Assembly: GCA_019423565.1 (NCBI GenBank)
Contig: JAHZBE010000002.1
Location: 83,692 to 147,691 of the forward strand
Length of the DNA stretch: 64,000 nucleotides
Reading direction: 5' to 3'
From: a bacterium
GTDB taxonomy: Bacteria; Bacillota_I; Bacilli_A; RF39; UBA660
The notes beneath the pieces were generated by a model that saw nothing but the letters and a program-made list of their open reading frames with translations, did not search any database and was not told the origin of the DNA. Positions 56,201 through 64,000 of this stretch are shown here, piece by piece. The position numbers and the translations under genes were made by a program. Each line of letters opens with the position of its first letter. The stretch's first letter is position 1.

Positions 56201-59200
56201 TCTCTTGTTACTATTAATGTATATGCTCTTACGCTTCCATCTTCTGCAGTTACTAATATATTTATCTCATTATCACTTGTTGTTACAAGTTCAGTATCAT
56301 TGAATATATATTCTGCTTTTTTATCTGTTTCTACTTTTGGATCATTTACTGTAACTATTAAATTTGTTTTATCTGCTTTTGTCACTTCATTTGGTACAGT
56401 AACTTTATAATTTAATCCATCTTTAACTGCTGGAACTCCCGCAAGAGTTATACTCTGAATACCTGTATCATCATTTAATTTTCTTTTAACAGTAATTTTA
56501 TATATTTCACTTACACTAGTATCATGTGCTTTTACTGTTAATGTAATTGTATTTGATCCAGTACTTAAATTTATAAGTCCATTACCTAATACAGTTGCAA
56601 GTTCATCTTCAGCAATTCCTTCTACTTTTAGAGCAGTTGTATTATAATCAACTTCTCCTAAATCATATATTGTTTTACTTTTATTAAATCCTGTTATAGT
56701 CTTATTATTAATTTTTAAATCTTTTAAATAAGCATTTACTCTTTTACTTCTTTCAATAAATAAAGTATATGTTTTTAAATCTCCATTTTCTGCTGTTACA
56801 ATTATATCTATTTGATTACTTCCAAAGTTCAAATTAAATTTATTACTTAAATCTGTTGTTATAGTTGCTTTTCCTGTATCTTCTACAACTGCACTTACAC
56901 TTACACTATCAGTTGCACCTGGTACAGTTAAATTATAAATTAATTTGTCTTTGTTAAAACCTGATACGCTTACATTATCTACTTTTATATCACTTAAATT
57001 ATTATTTGATGATTTTTCTCTTTCAACTGTAACTGTATATTCATTTTGTGTTCCATCTTCTGCAATTACTGTTAAAGTTATATCTTTTATTCTTTCTGTT
57101 GATGGCATATTATATTCTGTACCATTTGCAGGTGTAATAACACTTTCACTATTTATTTCAGAAGATAAAGAGAACTTAGTTGTATCACTTGGTACACCAA
57201 TTTTACATTTATTATCAGTTAATAAACAATATCTTGATGAATCTGTTCCAATTGTAAGTGTTACCTTTTTTATACTTGTATCATTAGATTTTGTTCTTGT
57301 TACTTTTATAGTATATGTTTTTTCATCTCCATTTGCAGCAGTTACTTTAAATGTATATATGTTATCATTTTTAGTTGTTAAACTAATTGCTGGGCTTTTT
57401 TCTATGCTAGCGTCTTCACTTACAGTAACATCTACATCACTAGGTGTTAATGTTGTCTTATTATTTGGAAGTGTTACGCTATATGTCCCATCAGCATTTA
57501 ATGTTGGTGTTACTCCTGATACATTTATACTTTTTACTTTATTATCACTATTCTTTTCTCTTCTTACATTAATAATATAATTTTTTACTACTGATGTATC
57601 ATGTGCTGTTACTGTAATAATTATTTTGTTATCACCAGTTTTTAGTTTTATATTTCCTGTACCTGATACTTTAGCTAAAGTATCTTCCGCTATTGCAGAT
57701 ATATTTAATTCAGTTTTATTAAAAGGTACATCATCTAAAGTATATTCTGTTTTATCTTTATTAAAATCAGTAATTGTTTCATTATCTACTTTTAAGTCTT
57801 TTAAATTTGCATTTATTCTTTTACTTTTTTCTATATATAAAGTATATGTTTTTAGTTCATCATTTTCTGCTTTTACTACAATTTCTATTTTATTACTTCC
57901 AAAGTCTAAATTAAATTTATTACTTAAATCTGTTGTTATTACTGCTTTTCCTGTATCTTCTACTGTAGCAGATACAAGTACACTACTTGTAGTTCCTGGG
58001 ACTGTTATATTATAAGTTAATTTATTTTTGTTGAAATCAGATAAACTTACATTATCTACTTTTATATCGCTTAAATTATTATTTGATGATTTTTGTCTTT
58101 CAACTGTAACTGTATATTCTTTTTTAGTATCATCTTCTGCAGTTACTGTTAAAGTTATATCTTTTATTCTTTCTGTTGGTGTCATAGTAAATTCTGTACC
58201 ATTTACAGGTGAGATAGTACTTTCACTATTTATTTCTGATGTTAAAGAGAATTTTGTTGTATCGCTAGGTACATTAATTTTACATTTATCATTTTCCATT
58301 AAGCAATATCTTGATGAATCACTTCCTATTGTTAATGTTACTTTACTTAGTGTTGTATCATTAGATTTTGTTCTTGTTACTTTTATAGTATATGTTTTTT
58401 CGTCTCCGTTTTCAGCAGTTACTTTAAATGTATATATGTTATCATTTTTTGTTGATAAGTTTATTGCTGGACTTTTTTCTATACTAGCATCATCACTTAT
58501 TGTAACATCTACATCATTAGGTGTTAATGTTGTCTTATTATTTGGAAGTGTTACACTATATGTTCCATCATCATTTAATATTGGTGTTACTCCTGATACT
58601 TTTATACTTTTTACTAAATTATCACTATTTTTTTCTCTTTCAATATTTAATTTATATGTATTTTTAGTTGTACCATTATGCGCTGTTACTTCTATTACTA
58701 TTTGATTATCACCAGTTTTTAGTTCTATATCTCCTAAACCTTTTACTGTTGATAACTCATTTGTTTTAGTTGCATTTACATTGATTTTATTTTTACTAAA
58801 TGGAACTTTATCTAAAGCATATTCAAATGTATTTTTATTAAAATTGTCTATACTTACGCCATCTACTTTTATATCATCTAATAAAGCAATGTCATATTTC
58901 TTTCTTTCAACATTTATTGTATATGTTACTGTATTTCCGCTTTCTGCTCTTACTACTACTTCCACTTGATTATTTCCAAAGTTAAGATTTGTATTTCCTG
59001 TAATACTTTCTACTTTAGCATACTTTGATAGAGGTGTTGCATTAACATTTATACTTGTTACACTTCCATCTACAATTACATTATAATTTCTTGTTTCTTT
59101 GCTGAACACTGGAACAAGTTCTCCAGGATTTACTATTAAACTAGATAAATTTGCATCTGTTGATTTTGCTCTTACTAAGTTTAAAGTATAGTTTTGAATA

Positions 59201-61020
59201 CTTCCATCTTCTGCAGTTACTACAATTGTTACATTACTTGTATTAGTTGTAAATGTTTTAGATGCAGTATTTAATGTACTAGTAAGTGTTTCAGAACCAT
59301 TTGCATCTACTATTCCAACCATTGCTTTATCTGTATCATTAACAATTGCTTTTACATCTATAGAACTTACATCTTCTGTATAATTATAGTTATAATCTCC
59401 AAAGAATGTACTTGTAAAGGCTGGTGATAAACTAGCACTTGGTGTTGATTTAACTTCTAAGCTTTTTAATTTGTTATCATTTGATAATCTTCTAACATGT
59501 AATTTATATGTTTTTTCGTCTCCATTTTCTGCCTTTACAACTATATTTAATGTATTATCTCCAATATTTAAATTAACTGTTCCTGTTCCACTTTTTATTT
59601 GTGCTTTATCTGTATCTTCTACTACTGCTCCTACTAATAAACTTGTTGTTTCATTAGATACATTTGGTAAAGTATATTCTAAAGTATTTTTATTAAAATT
59701 AGTTACTGTTTTATTATTTACTGTTAAATTACTTAAATTATTATTACTTGATGGAGAAGTTCTAGTAACAGTGATTGTATATGTTTTGCTTGTACATGTA
59801 TTTCCTGGAACACTTGCATATTTAGAATCACAATTTTCTGCATTTACTACAATATTATGTGTATTTGTTGTTGCCCCATAATTTGTAAAATCAAATGTTC
59901 CTGTACCACTTGTTATAACTGCATTTGAATCATTTGTTAAAGCAGTTACTTCTGATGATTTAGTCTTATATGGAACAGTTGCTGTATATGATGTTTTAGC
60001 GCTACTAAATGTTCCAATATTTACACCATTTGTTAATGTTAAACTTTTTAGTGTCGCATCATTATTTAATCTATATACTGTTAATCTATATATTTCTTGT
60101 GTACCATCTTGTGATTGAACAACTAAATTAAAATTATTTTCTCCGACATTTAAACTTTTTGTTCCAAGACCACCAGGTAATACTTTTCCAGATGTATCAG
60201 ATGCTGTTGCAGATATATCAACACTTGTTATATTATTTGGTACTGTTGTTTGATAATCTCTTACTGTTTCTGAATCTGGTACAAATGTAGGATTTAATGG
60301 ATACTCTTGTGTACCATTTTTTACTGATAATGATTTTAATAATGTATTTGCGGACATTTTTCCGAAAACATTTAAGTTTATTCCTTCTGTAATAACTGGT
60401 CTTTCTGTACCATTGTCATATTTTGTTAATTTTGTACGAGAATTATCATATTCAAATGTTATTACAGAACCTGCTTTTGCAGTATCTTTTATTTTAAAAT
60501 ATACACTTGCGATTACGCCTTCCGTTGTAAGTGCTTTTGTTTTTGCTTGATCTTCTGCCAAAACACTAATCATACTATAACTTGGTGCATCATTTGCCGA
60601 TACTGTCCAATTTGTTTTCTTTTTATTGTCTGGTGACTTTCCAACTGCAGGCCATATACCTCCTTGATAAGTTGTTGACATATCAGCCTCTAAATATAAT
60701 GAACCTTCATCATACATGGGCTCAACTAAATTACTATCATATTTTATAGCCATCTGCATCATCATATCTGGGTCTATACCTGGTATATAATAAATTGAAA
60801 GTTGAATTACTTTTCCAGGTTCTACATCGGCATTATTTATAAGCTCATCACCTGTTCCAGATCCTTCCCAATCATTATCAAATGCATTCCAATCATATGC
60901 TTTTAATAAAAACTTGTGTTCACCATCTGCATGTACGCTAATTATGTTTAATGAAAATGATGAGATAAATACTGAAAATATAAGCATTAAGCTTAGTATT
61001 TTATAAAAAAACTTTCTCAT
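53236..61020 (-). CDS. Giant secreted protein: cohesin-like N-terminus, roughly two dozen cadherin-like beta-sandwich repeats, C-terminal dockerin
   Basis: 2594 aa with a signal peptide. Cohesin-like region about 60375-60920 (GKVIQLSIYYIPG...AIKYDSNLVEPMY...VIASVYFKIKDTAKAGSVITFEYD). About 90-aa repeats end ...YT(I/L)xVxR. C-terminal dockerin (about 53236-53450) has two Ca-loop repeats, DVNGDGVIDISD and DMVEDSEIDISD. Confidence 0.75.
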   Translation of the reverse strand: MRKFFYKILSLMLIFSVFISSFSLNIISVHADGEHKFLLKAYDWNAFDNDWEGSGTGDELINNADVEPGKVIQLSIYYIPGIDPDMMMQMAIKYDSNLVEPMYDEGSLYLEADMSTTYQGGIWPAVGKSPDNKKKTNWTVSANDAPSYSMISVLAEDQAKTKALTTEGVIASVYFKIKDTAKAGSVITFEYDNSRTKLTKYDNGTERPVITEGINLNVFGKMSANTLLKSLSVKNGTQEYPLNPTFVPDSETVRDYQTTVPNNITSVDISATASDTSGKVLPGGLGTKSLNVGENNFNLVVQSQDGTQEIYRLTVYRLNNDATLKSLTLTNGVNIGTFSSAKTSYTATVPYKTKSSEVTALTNDSNAVITSGTGTFDFTNYGATTNTHNIVVNAENCDSKYASVPGNTCTSKTYTITVTRTSPSSNNNLSNLTVNNKTVTNFNKNTLEYTLPNVSNETTSLLVGAVVEDTDKAQIKSGTGTVNLNIGDNTLNIVVKAENGDEKTYKLHVRRLSNDNKLKSLEVKSTPSASLSPAFTSTFFGDYNYNYTEDVSSIDVKAIVNDTDKAMVGIVDANGSETLTSTLNTASKTFTTNTSNVTIVVTAEDGSIQNYTLNLVRAKSTDANLSSLIVNPGELVPVFSKETRNYNVIVDGSVTSINVNATPLSKYAKVESITGNTNLNFGNNQVEVVVRAESGNTVTYTINVERKKYDIALLDDIKVDGVSIDNFNKNTFEYALDKVPFSKNKINVNATKTNELSTVKGLGDIELKTGDNQIVIEVTAHNGTTKNTYKLNIEREKNSDNLVKSIKVSGVTPILNDDGTYSVTLPNNKTTLTPNDVDVTISDDASIEKSPAINLSTKNDNIYTFKVTAENGDEKTYTIKVTRTKSNDTTLSKVTLTIGSDSSRYCLMENDKCKINVPSDTTKFSLTSEINSESTISPVNGTEFTMTPTERIKDITLTVTAEDDTKKEYTVTVERQKSSNNNLSDIKVDNVSLSDFNKNKLTYNITVPGTTSSVLVSATVEDTGKAVITTDLSNKFNLDFGSNKIEIVVKAENDELKTYTLYIEKSKRINANLKDLKVDNETITDFNKDKTEYTLDDVPFNKTELNISAIAEDTLAKVSGTGNIKLKTGDNKIIITVTAHDTSVVKNYIINVRREKNSDNKVKSINVSGVTPTLNADGTYSVTLPNNKTTLTPSDVDVTVSEDASIEKSPAISLTTKNDNIYTFKVTAANGDEKTYTIKVTRTKSNDTSIKKVTLTIGTDSSRYCLLTDNKCKIGVPSDTTKFSLSSEINSESVITPANGTEYNMPSTERIKDITLTVIAEDGTQNEYTVTVEREKSSNNNLSDIKVDNVSVSGFNKDKLIYNLTVPGATDSVSVSAVVEDTGKATITTDLSNKFNLNFGSNQIDIIVTAENGDLKTYTLFIERSKRVNAYLKDLKINNKTITGFNKSKTIYDLGEVDYNTTALKVEGIAEDELATVLGNGLINLSTGSNTITLTVKAHDTSVSEIYKITVKRKLNDDTGIQSITLAGVPAVKDGLNYKVTVPNEVTKADKTNLIVTVNDPKVETDKKAEYIFNDTELVTTSDNEINILVTAEDGSVRAYTLIVTREKSDVALLSNLTVTNGSFLPSFSSNVFEYEVTVPVDVTEFNVTATKLEPNSKVTSGEGHYNISTSEKQIEVTVVSEDETKSNTYILNIKRTKSSINTLSDITVSEGTLTPEFNSNITSYTVNVDGNISSIDVSATLTDSRATIISGTGIHSLNVGDNNIVIRVESESGSILDYNINVIRAKKNINDLSMIKVDGKEIENFSSDTLEYDLGDVNYSKTKINVEAVLKDVDSSVKGDGEISLKTGDNEIVLTVTAQNGEEKTYKLHVNRIKNDNANLSLLSVMGYTLTPDFDKDTLYYETTVEEEKSILTKEEVTAVAEDKNASISKQDNIELSTTVDNIYKVTVTAEDGKTIKIYTIKVNRPKSSDTTLSKVNLTNAVLSPSLSKDKREYTLTIPYGSTEFNIEGVPTVPTTTVTGNGTYSKDDKVVRLTTIAEDGSMDVYVFNVVKALSNDATLHDLSVSGYNLDKTFTSTTLDYSIGDIPYGTTKLKINATPTNSDSTIKYYVGTTSFDSNIVDIPTLLGENIITVEVTAADGISKKLYTVTYNIVKSDNAYLSKLTPSLSKIDFNKTTFLYNINVENNIDKISFDIETEDKNASIKVLSENFFTPKTITVDNLKEGDTTLEIIVVAQNGNTKTYSVIIHRLGKELSSDANLSSLSVNGQTLDKEFNMNETEYSIGEIPYSLEKLTINATPNIDTSTLTYLVNGNKQSSNVVDIPKNNGNGAITVQVTAEDGKTVKNYKITYSKQASNNAYLSDLRVSSGELSFNKTKYSYIVNIDSDVNKVDLTSVLEDNKSNMKINGTTYTSPHTYTISPLEVGNTEVVILVTAEDGTFLTYKVTFVKKANISEVITSVKYGHTIANGYIKTVKVNTTALELKDQLDNPNEYLEIVNSDETSVISDSDIVATGYIVKLMINGEEKDRKTIVIKGDVNGDGVIDISDSIGILGHYLNGENSSKALTGAYFVAGDMVEDSEIDISDAISALQYYLKN
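56480..58650. repeat. Tandem duplication, period 1077 bp (359 codons, four repeat domains), inside the giant gene
   Basis: Nucleotide register 56969 <-> 58046. Protein REKNSDNLVKSIKVSGVTPILNDDGTYSVTLPNNKTTLTP... recurs 359 aa later as REKNSDNKVKSINVSGVTPTLNADGTYSVTLPNNKTTLTP..., clearly more similar than other repeat pairs. Confidence 0.85.
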
Positions 61021-61373
61021 TTACTACCTCCTAAGGATAGACTCCTATTATTAATATCAATTATATCAAATTTAATTAATTTTGTGAACGAAAATTCCAT
61101 AATTTATAAGAAAACTATTATTTATAGGTTGTCTAAATATTATAAAATAGTCTTTTAAATGTCATATAAAAAATGACATTGAAATTTATTACAAAAAAAG
61201 TAATGAAGGAAAATATCATTACGTAGCAATTATTGTATGAATAACTAAATTTTTCAAGTAAATTTTTGTTTTATATAAGAAATTAAATAAGTAATTATCA
61301 CCACATAACTACATTATAATTATATACATTATTAACAACCCTTGGAATGTTATAATATATTTAAGGCAATGAA

Positions 61374-62033
61374 TTATTTTATCATTAATAATCTTGGCAT
61401 TTCAGACATTTTTTTTACATCAATTTCCCTATTAACGCCTTCTGACATCTCTCTCATTTGTATATTTCTATTATGTCTTAATATTTCTTTTGACATCATA
61501 ATAATTTGATTATATTTATTTATAGCACTAAAAATAAATTCTCCATCTTTTTTACTTAAATTGTTTATATAATTTATAATTCTAATATCAGCAGATACAA
61601 TTTTATCACTGGTTATTTTATCTCTTGATATAAATTCGTTCCCATAATGAATTGTATTTCTAACAGTTTTAATATTTTCATCTACTAAAAAATCAACAAT
61701 GTTTGATTGACATGGATCAAACTCATCTTCATTTTTGTATAAATCCGTTAAACCTGTTACTGACAAAGATATTCCATCTTTACCATTTACATGTGATTCT
61801 ATATCATCAATAAAATTTAAATATTCTTTTGAATATGATCTTATTCCTAAACTATTAAGTTCCATCATAGATAATATTCCATGTTCTATTATTGAAGGTG
61901 CATATTCATAAGCTGTATTATGATGATATTGATAAGTTTTATCACCCTTATTTTTTATGGCATATGAACATGCATATAACATATCTCTTATATATTTTAA
62001 TACATATTTTTCTTTAATAATTACTTCATTCAT
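61374..62033 (-). CDS. Hypothetical protein (219 aa)
   Basis: Intact ORF, no motif recognised. Confidence 0.45.
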   Translation of the reverse strand: MNEVIIKEKYVLKYIRDMLYACSYAIKNKGDKTYQYHHNTAYEYAPSIIEHGILSMMELNSLGIRSYSKEYLNFIDDIESHVNGKDGISLSVTGLTDLYKNEDEFDPCQSNIVDFLVDENIKTVRNTIHYGNEFISRDKITSDKIVSADIRIINYINNLSKKDGEFIFSAINKYNQIIMMSKEILRHNRNIQMREMSEGVNREIDVKKMSEMPRLLMIK

Positions 62034-62204
62034 TTACTGCAACCTCTTATGTAAATAATAAATATTTATTATTTAAAACACATTTATATATTTTATCATA
62101 ACGATAAAAGAATAACAATAACAAAAAAATCACAATTTTTCAATATAATTATACTATAAAATTGTTTTATTTTATAGTAAATTATTCAATAAAAAATAAA
62201 AGAA

Positions 62205-62230
62205 TAAAAAAAGAGCATATTACTGCTCTT
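62205..62230 (-). terminator. Rho-independent terminator
   Basis: Stem AAGAGCA/TGCTCTT (62211-62217 / 62224-62230) plus a T-run on the minus strand, just after the stop at 62238. Confidence 0.6.
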
Positions 62231-62237
62231 CAAAATT

Positions 62238-62473
62238 TTATTCATCAGTTTCACTATTAATTATTAGTAAAAGTTCTTCTATTTTATTTTCTTTTTCTAT
62301 AATTTCCAATTTTAATTGATCTATCATATATTTTATATGTTCAATACTTAATTTATTTTCCATTAGACTTTTTTTCCAATCATTTCATCAACTCTTTGTT
62401 GAAACGTATTTATTTGTTAATCTAAATTATCTTTTTGAGCAGTTAACTGTTTTATCTGTTCTTTTAAATACAT
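62238..62473 (-). pseudogene. Decayed small coiled-coil gene (in-frame TAA plus homopolymer frameshift)
   Basis: The ATG at 62473 overlaps the upstream stop (TAATG). MYLKEQIKQLTAQKDNLD-TAA(62417-62419)-QINTFQQRVDEMIGKK, then the frame breaks in the T7 run 62369-62375 and continues MENKLSIEHIKYMIDQLKLEIIEKENKIEELLLIINSETDE. Confidence 0.5.
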
Positions 62474-63102
62474 TAATGTATATGTATCTGTTTCTTTTTC
62501 ATATTTTTTATTTTTTTTACTTCCAAATAATTTAGATAATATTTTAAAATATTTGAATGTCGTATACTTAAATCTGGAGTAAATAAATTTATATTATCTA
62601 ATTCATCTACTTTTTCTTTATATTCAAATTCATCTATCTCTTCTGAAATATATAAATCATGTATTTTTCGTCTAGCTTTACGATTCTCGTTTTGTTTATA
62701 TAATCTTTCTATTATCATTTTCATTGAAAATTTATCAGTATTTAATATTGCTTTATTATCTTTTTCCCATACTTTCATATCTCTAGATAAACTTCTAAAA
62801 CTACACCCTTTATCTACTAATCCAAATTTAATATAGTCTTTTGCAAAATCTTCAAATCCTTTTTTATTAAAATTGTATTCTTTTTCTAATAATACATCAT
62901 AAATTAATTCTTGATTTAAATAAGCATGTCTAAAAATATGTTGTATAGCAGGATAATAATTACTTCTTGTTACAGGGATATCGTTTTCGTTTAATTTTAA
63001 AAATTCTTCAATAGTATAAATACCCTTTAAATTTTAAAATTTTTTTGTTTCTAATGAAATTCCAAGAACTTTATCATCTTCTAATTTTGTTTTAATATCC
63101 AT
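62473..63102 (-). pseudogene. Hypothetical gene interrupted by one in-frame TAA
   Basis: ATG at 63102 with a GAGG RBS. 22 codons (MDIKTKLEDDKVLGISLETKKF), then TAA at 63034-63036. The same frame stays open for 186 more codons into track ORF 62473-62778. Confidence 0.6.
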
Positions 63103-63172
63103 TTTTTACCTCACTTGTATATAAATCCTATTTATTATACTATATATTTTATATTTTATATTTTTGCTGATT

Positions 63173-63619
63173 TTATTTTACTTTTTTTCTATTTTCAATA
63201 TTATATAAATCTTTATAATCTCTAAATTTAACCGTTATTATTTCAATAGGTGTTATTTTTTCATGACATCTATATTGTAAAGATCTTCCTCCATTATGTA
63301 TAAATTTATCACTATTCTTTTCAAAAACATAAATATAGCCAATTTCTTCTTCATCTAAATTATCATTTTCAAAAAAAACATAAGGATTACCATCAATTCT
63401 GTCAGTTTCAAAACTACCAGAATATTTTTCATTTTTACCAAAAGAATATGCAGATGCTATAATCCATGAAGATGTTAAATATACAGCAGTATCTTCATTT
63501 AATGGATTATGATTTTCATCATATGCTTTTCTTGGCTCCAAATACTCTAATAATAATGGACTTCCTGCAAATAGATATTTAGGATTATCTAAATTATTTT
63601 CAATATATTCATTTTTCAT
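63173..63619 (-). CDS. Hypothetical protein (148 aa)
   Basis: Intact ORF. Its ATG directly abuts the stop (63620-63622) of the upstream gene. No motif recognised. Confidence 0.45.
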   Translation of the reverse strand: MKNEYIENNLDNPKYLFAGSPLLLEYLEPRKAYDENHNPLNEDTAVYLTSSWIIASAYSFGKNEKYSGSFETDRIDGNPYVFFENDNLDEEEIGYIYVFEKNSDKFIHNGGRSLQYRCHEKITPIEIITVKFRDYKDLYNIENRKKVK

Positions 63620-64000
63620 CTATAAAATACCTTTCTCTTTTAATTTTTCTATAATTAATTCATTTTGATTATTATTACCTAAGTCATCATTCTTAAATTC
63701 AATAAAATATAAATCTTCAATATGATAATAGGTTAAATCATCATAGCTACCATCAAAACCAGTACAACTTGAAATTATTTTTTCAGCATCATAAATTTTA
63801 ATAATATTTTCTGTTTTATCTAATAATTCTTAAAACATTATTTCTGATAAATGCATTTCATTATTCTTTTTATATTTTACAATTTTATATTTTCTATATA
63901 AATCACCAAATGCTTTTACTTCTAATATTTTTAAATCAAATTTTTCTTTTGATATTTGACATTCTAATATTTCGTTAAAAAAGTCACTTTTTTCTTCAAT
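63620..64000 (-). pseudogene. Partial hypothetical gene (continues beyond the window) with an in-frame TAA
   Basis: The frame is open from the window edge to TAG at 63620-63622, apart from TAA at 63830-63832 (...EMHLSEIMF-TAA-ELLDKTENIIKIYDAEK...). Confidence 0.5.

Noticed and set aside
54344-59881. Plus-strand ORFs of 61-225 aa inside the giant gene (for example 56945-57580 and 58028-58705).
   Set aside because: They are antisense to a continuous 2594-aa ORF and consist of low-complexity L/S/F/V-rich translations. Their mutual similarity simply mirrors the 1077-bp duplication in the sense gene.
53236-61020. Regular about 270-bp periodicity, considered as a possible CRISPR-like or satellite array.
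   Set aside because: The periodic units are diverged coding repeats (cadherin-like domains) in one intact reading frame. There are no short identical repeats with unique spacers.
62238-64000. TAA reassignment (an alternative genetic code) as an explanation for the in-frame TAA codons.
   Set aside because: TAA is the stop codon of most well-supported genes in this same window (rpsI, murD, copZ, fic, virD4 and others), so local pseudogenisation is far more likely.
1-64000. A search for rRNA, tRNA, CRISPR arrays, IS elements/transposases, integrases and relaxases.
   Set aside because: I recognised none. Intergenic regions are short and AT-rich, and no ORF carries DDE, tyrosine or serine recombinase or relaxase (HxH / Y-motif) signatures that I could see. 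A profile search could still find divergent examples.

Overview
This is a 64-kb chromosomal window from a very AT-rich (judged by eye, not computed), anaerobic, spore-forming Bacillota-type genome using the standard code; TAA, TAG and TGA all act as stops. Almost every gene is on the minus strand. Core genes I recognise: rplM-rpsI, cdaA-cdaR, nrdD-nrdG, murC-murD, trmL, rubrerythrin, pduL, rmuC, htrA, uvdE, a D-Ala-D-Ala carboxypeptidase, gerQ and CotF-like spore genes, and oleate hydratase with a TetR regulator. Four accessory blocks sit among them. (1) 3.7-9.6 kb is a decayed metal/cop locus: only the last 30 codons of copA remain next to copZ, and the rest is replaced by lipoprotein genes and a PASTA + double-Ltp surface protein. 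(2) 16.7-32.7 kb is a Gram-positive type IV secretion (conjugation-like) module: pilin-like, VirB6-like, PrgI/VirB3-like, VirB4, an M23+lysozyme hydrolase and VirD4. I see no relaxase, integrase or replication gene anywhere in the window. A Fic gene flanked by about 86-bp direct repeats lies on one side and an SF1B helicase fused to a DUF2726-like nuclease domain on the other. Two AbiD/F (Abi_2)-like genes lie at 33.8 and 45.7 kb. (3) 50.8-61.0 kb holds a two-gene cohesin/dockerin surface system: an 815-aa membrane-anchored cohesin protein and a 2594-aa protein with cohesin, roughly two dozen cadherin-like beta-sandwich repeats and a dockerin. The large gene contains a 1077-bp tandem duplication. 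(4) 61.4-64.0 kb is an orphan-gene block in which three adjacent ORFs each carry an in-frame TAA. At least seven ORF disruptions map to short homopolymer runs, so assembly indel errors are as likely as true pseudogenes. I recognised no rRNA, tRNA, CRISPR array, transposase or IS element. All family calls rest on motifs read by eye; no searches were run.
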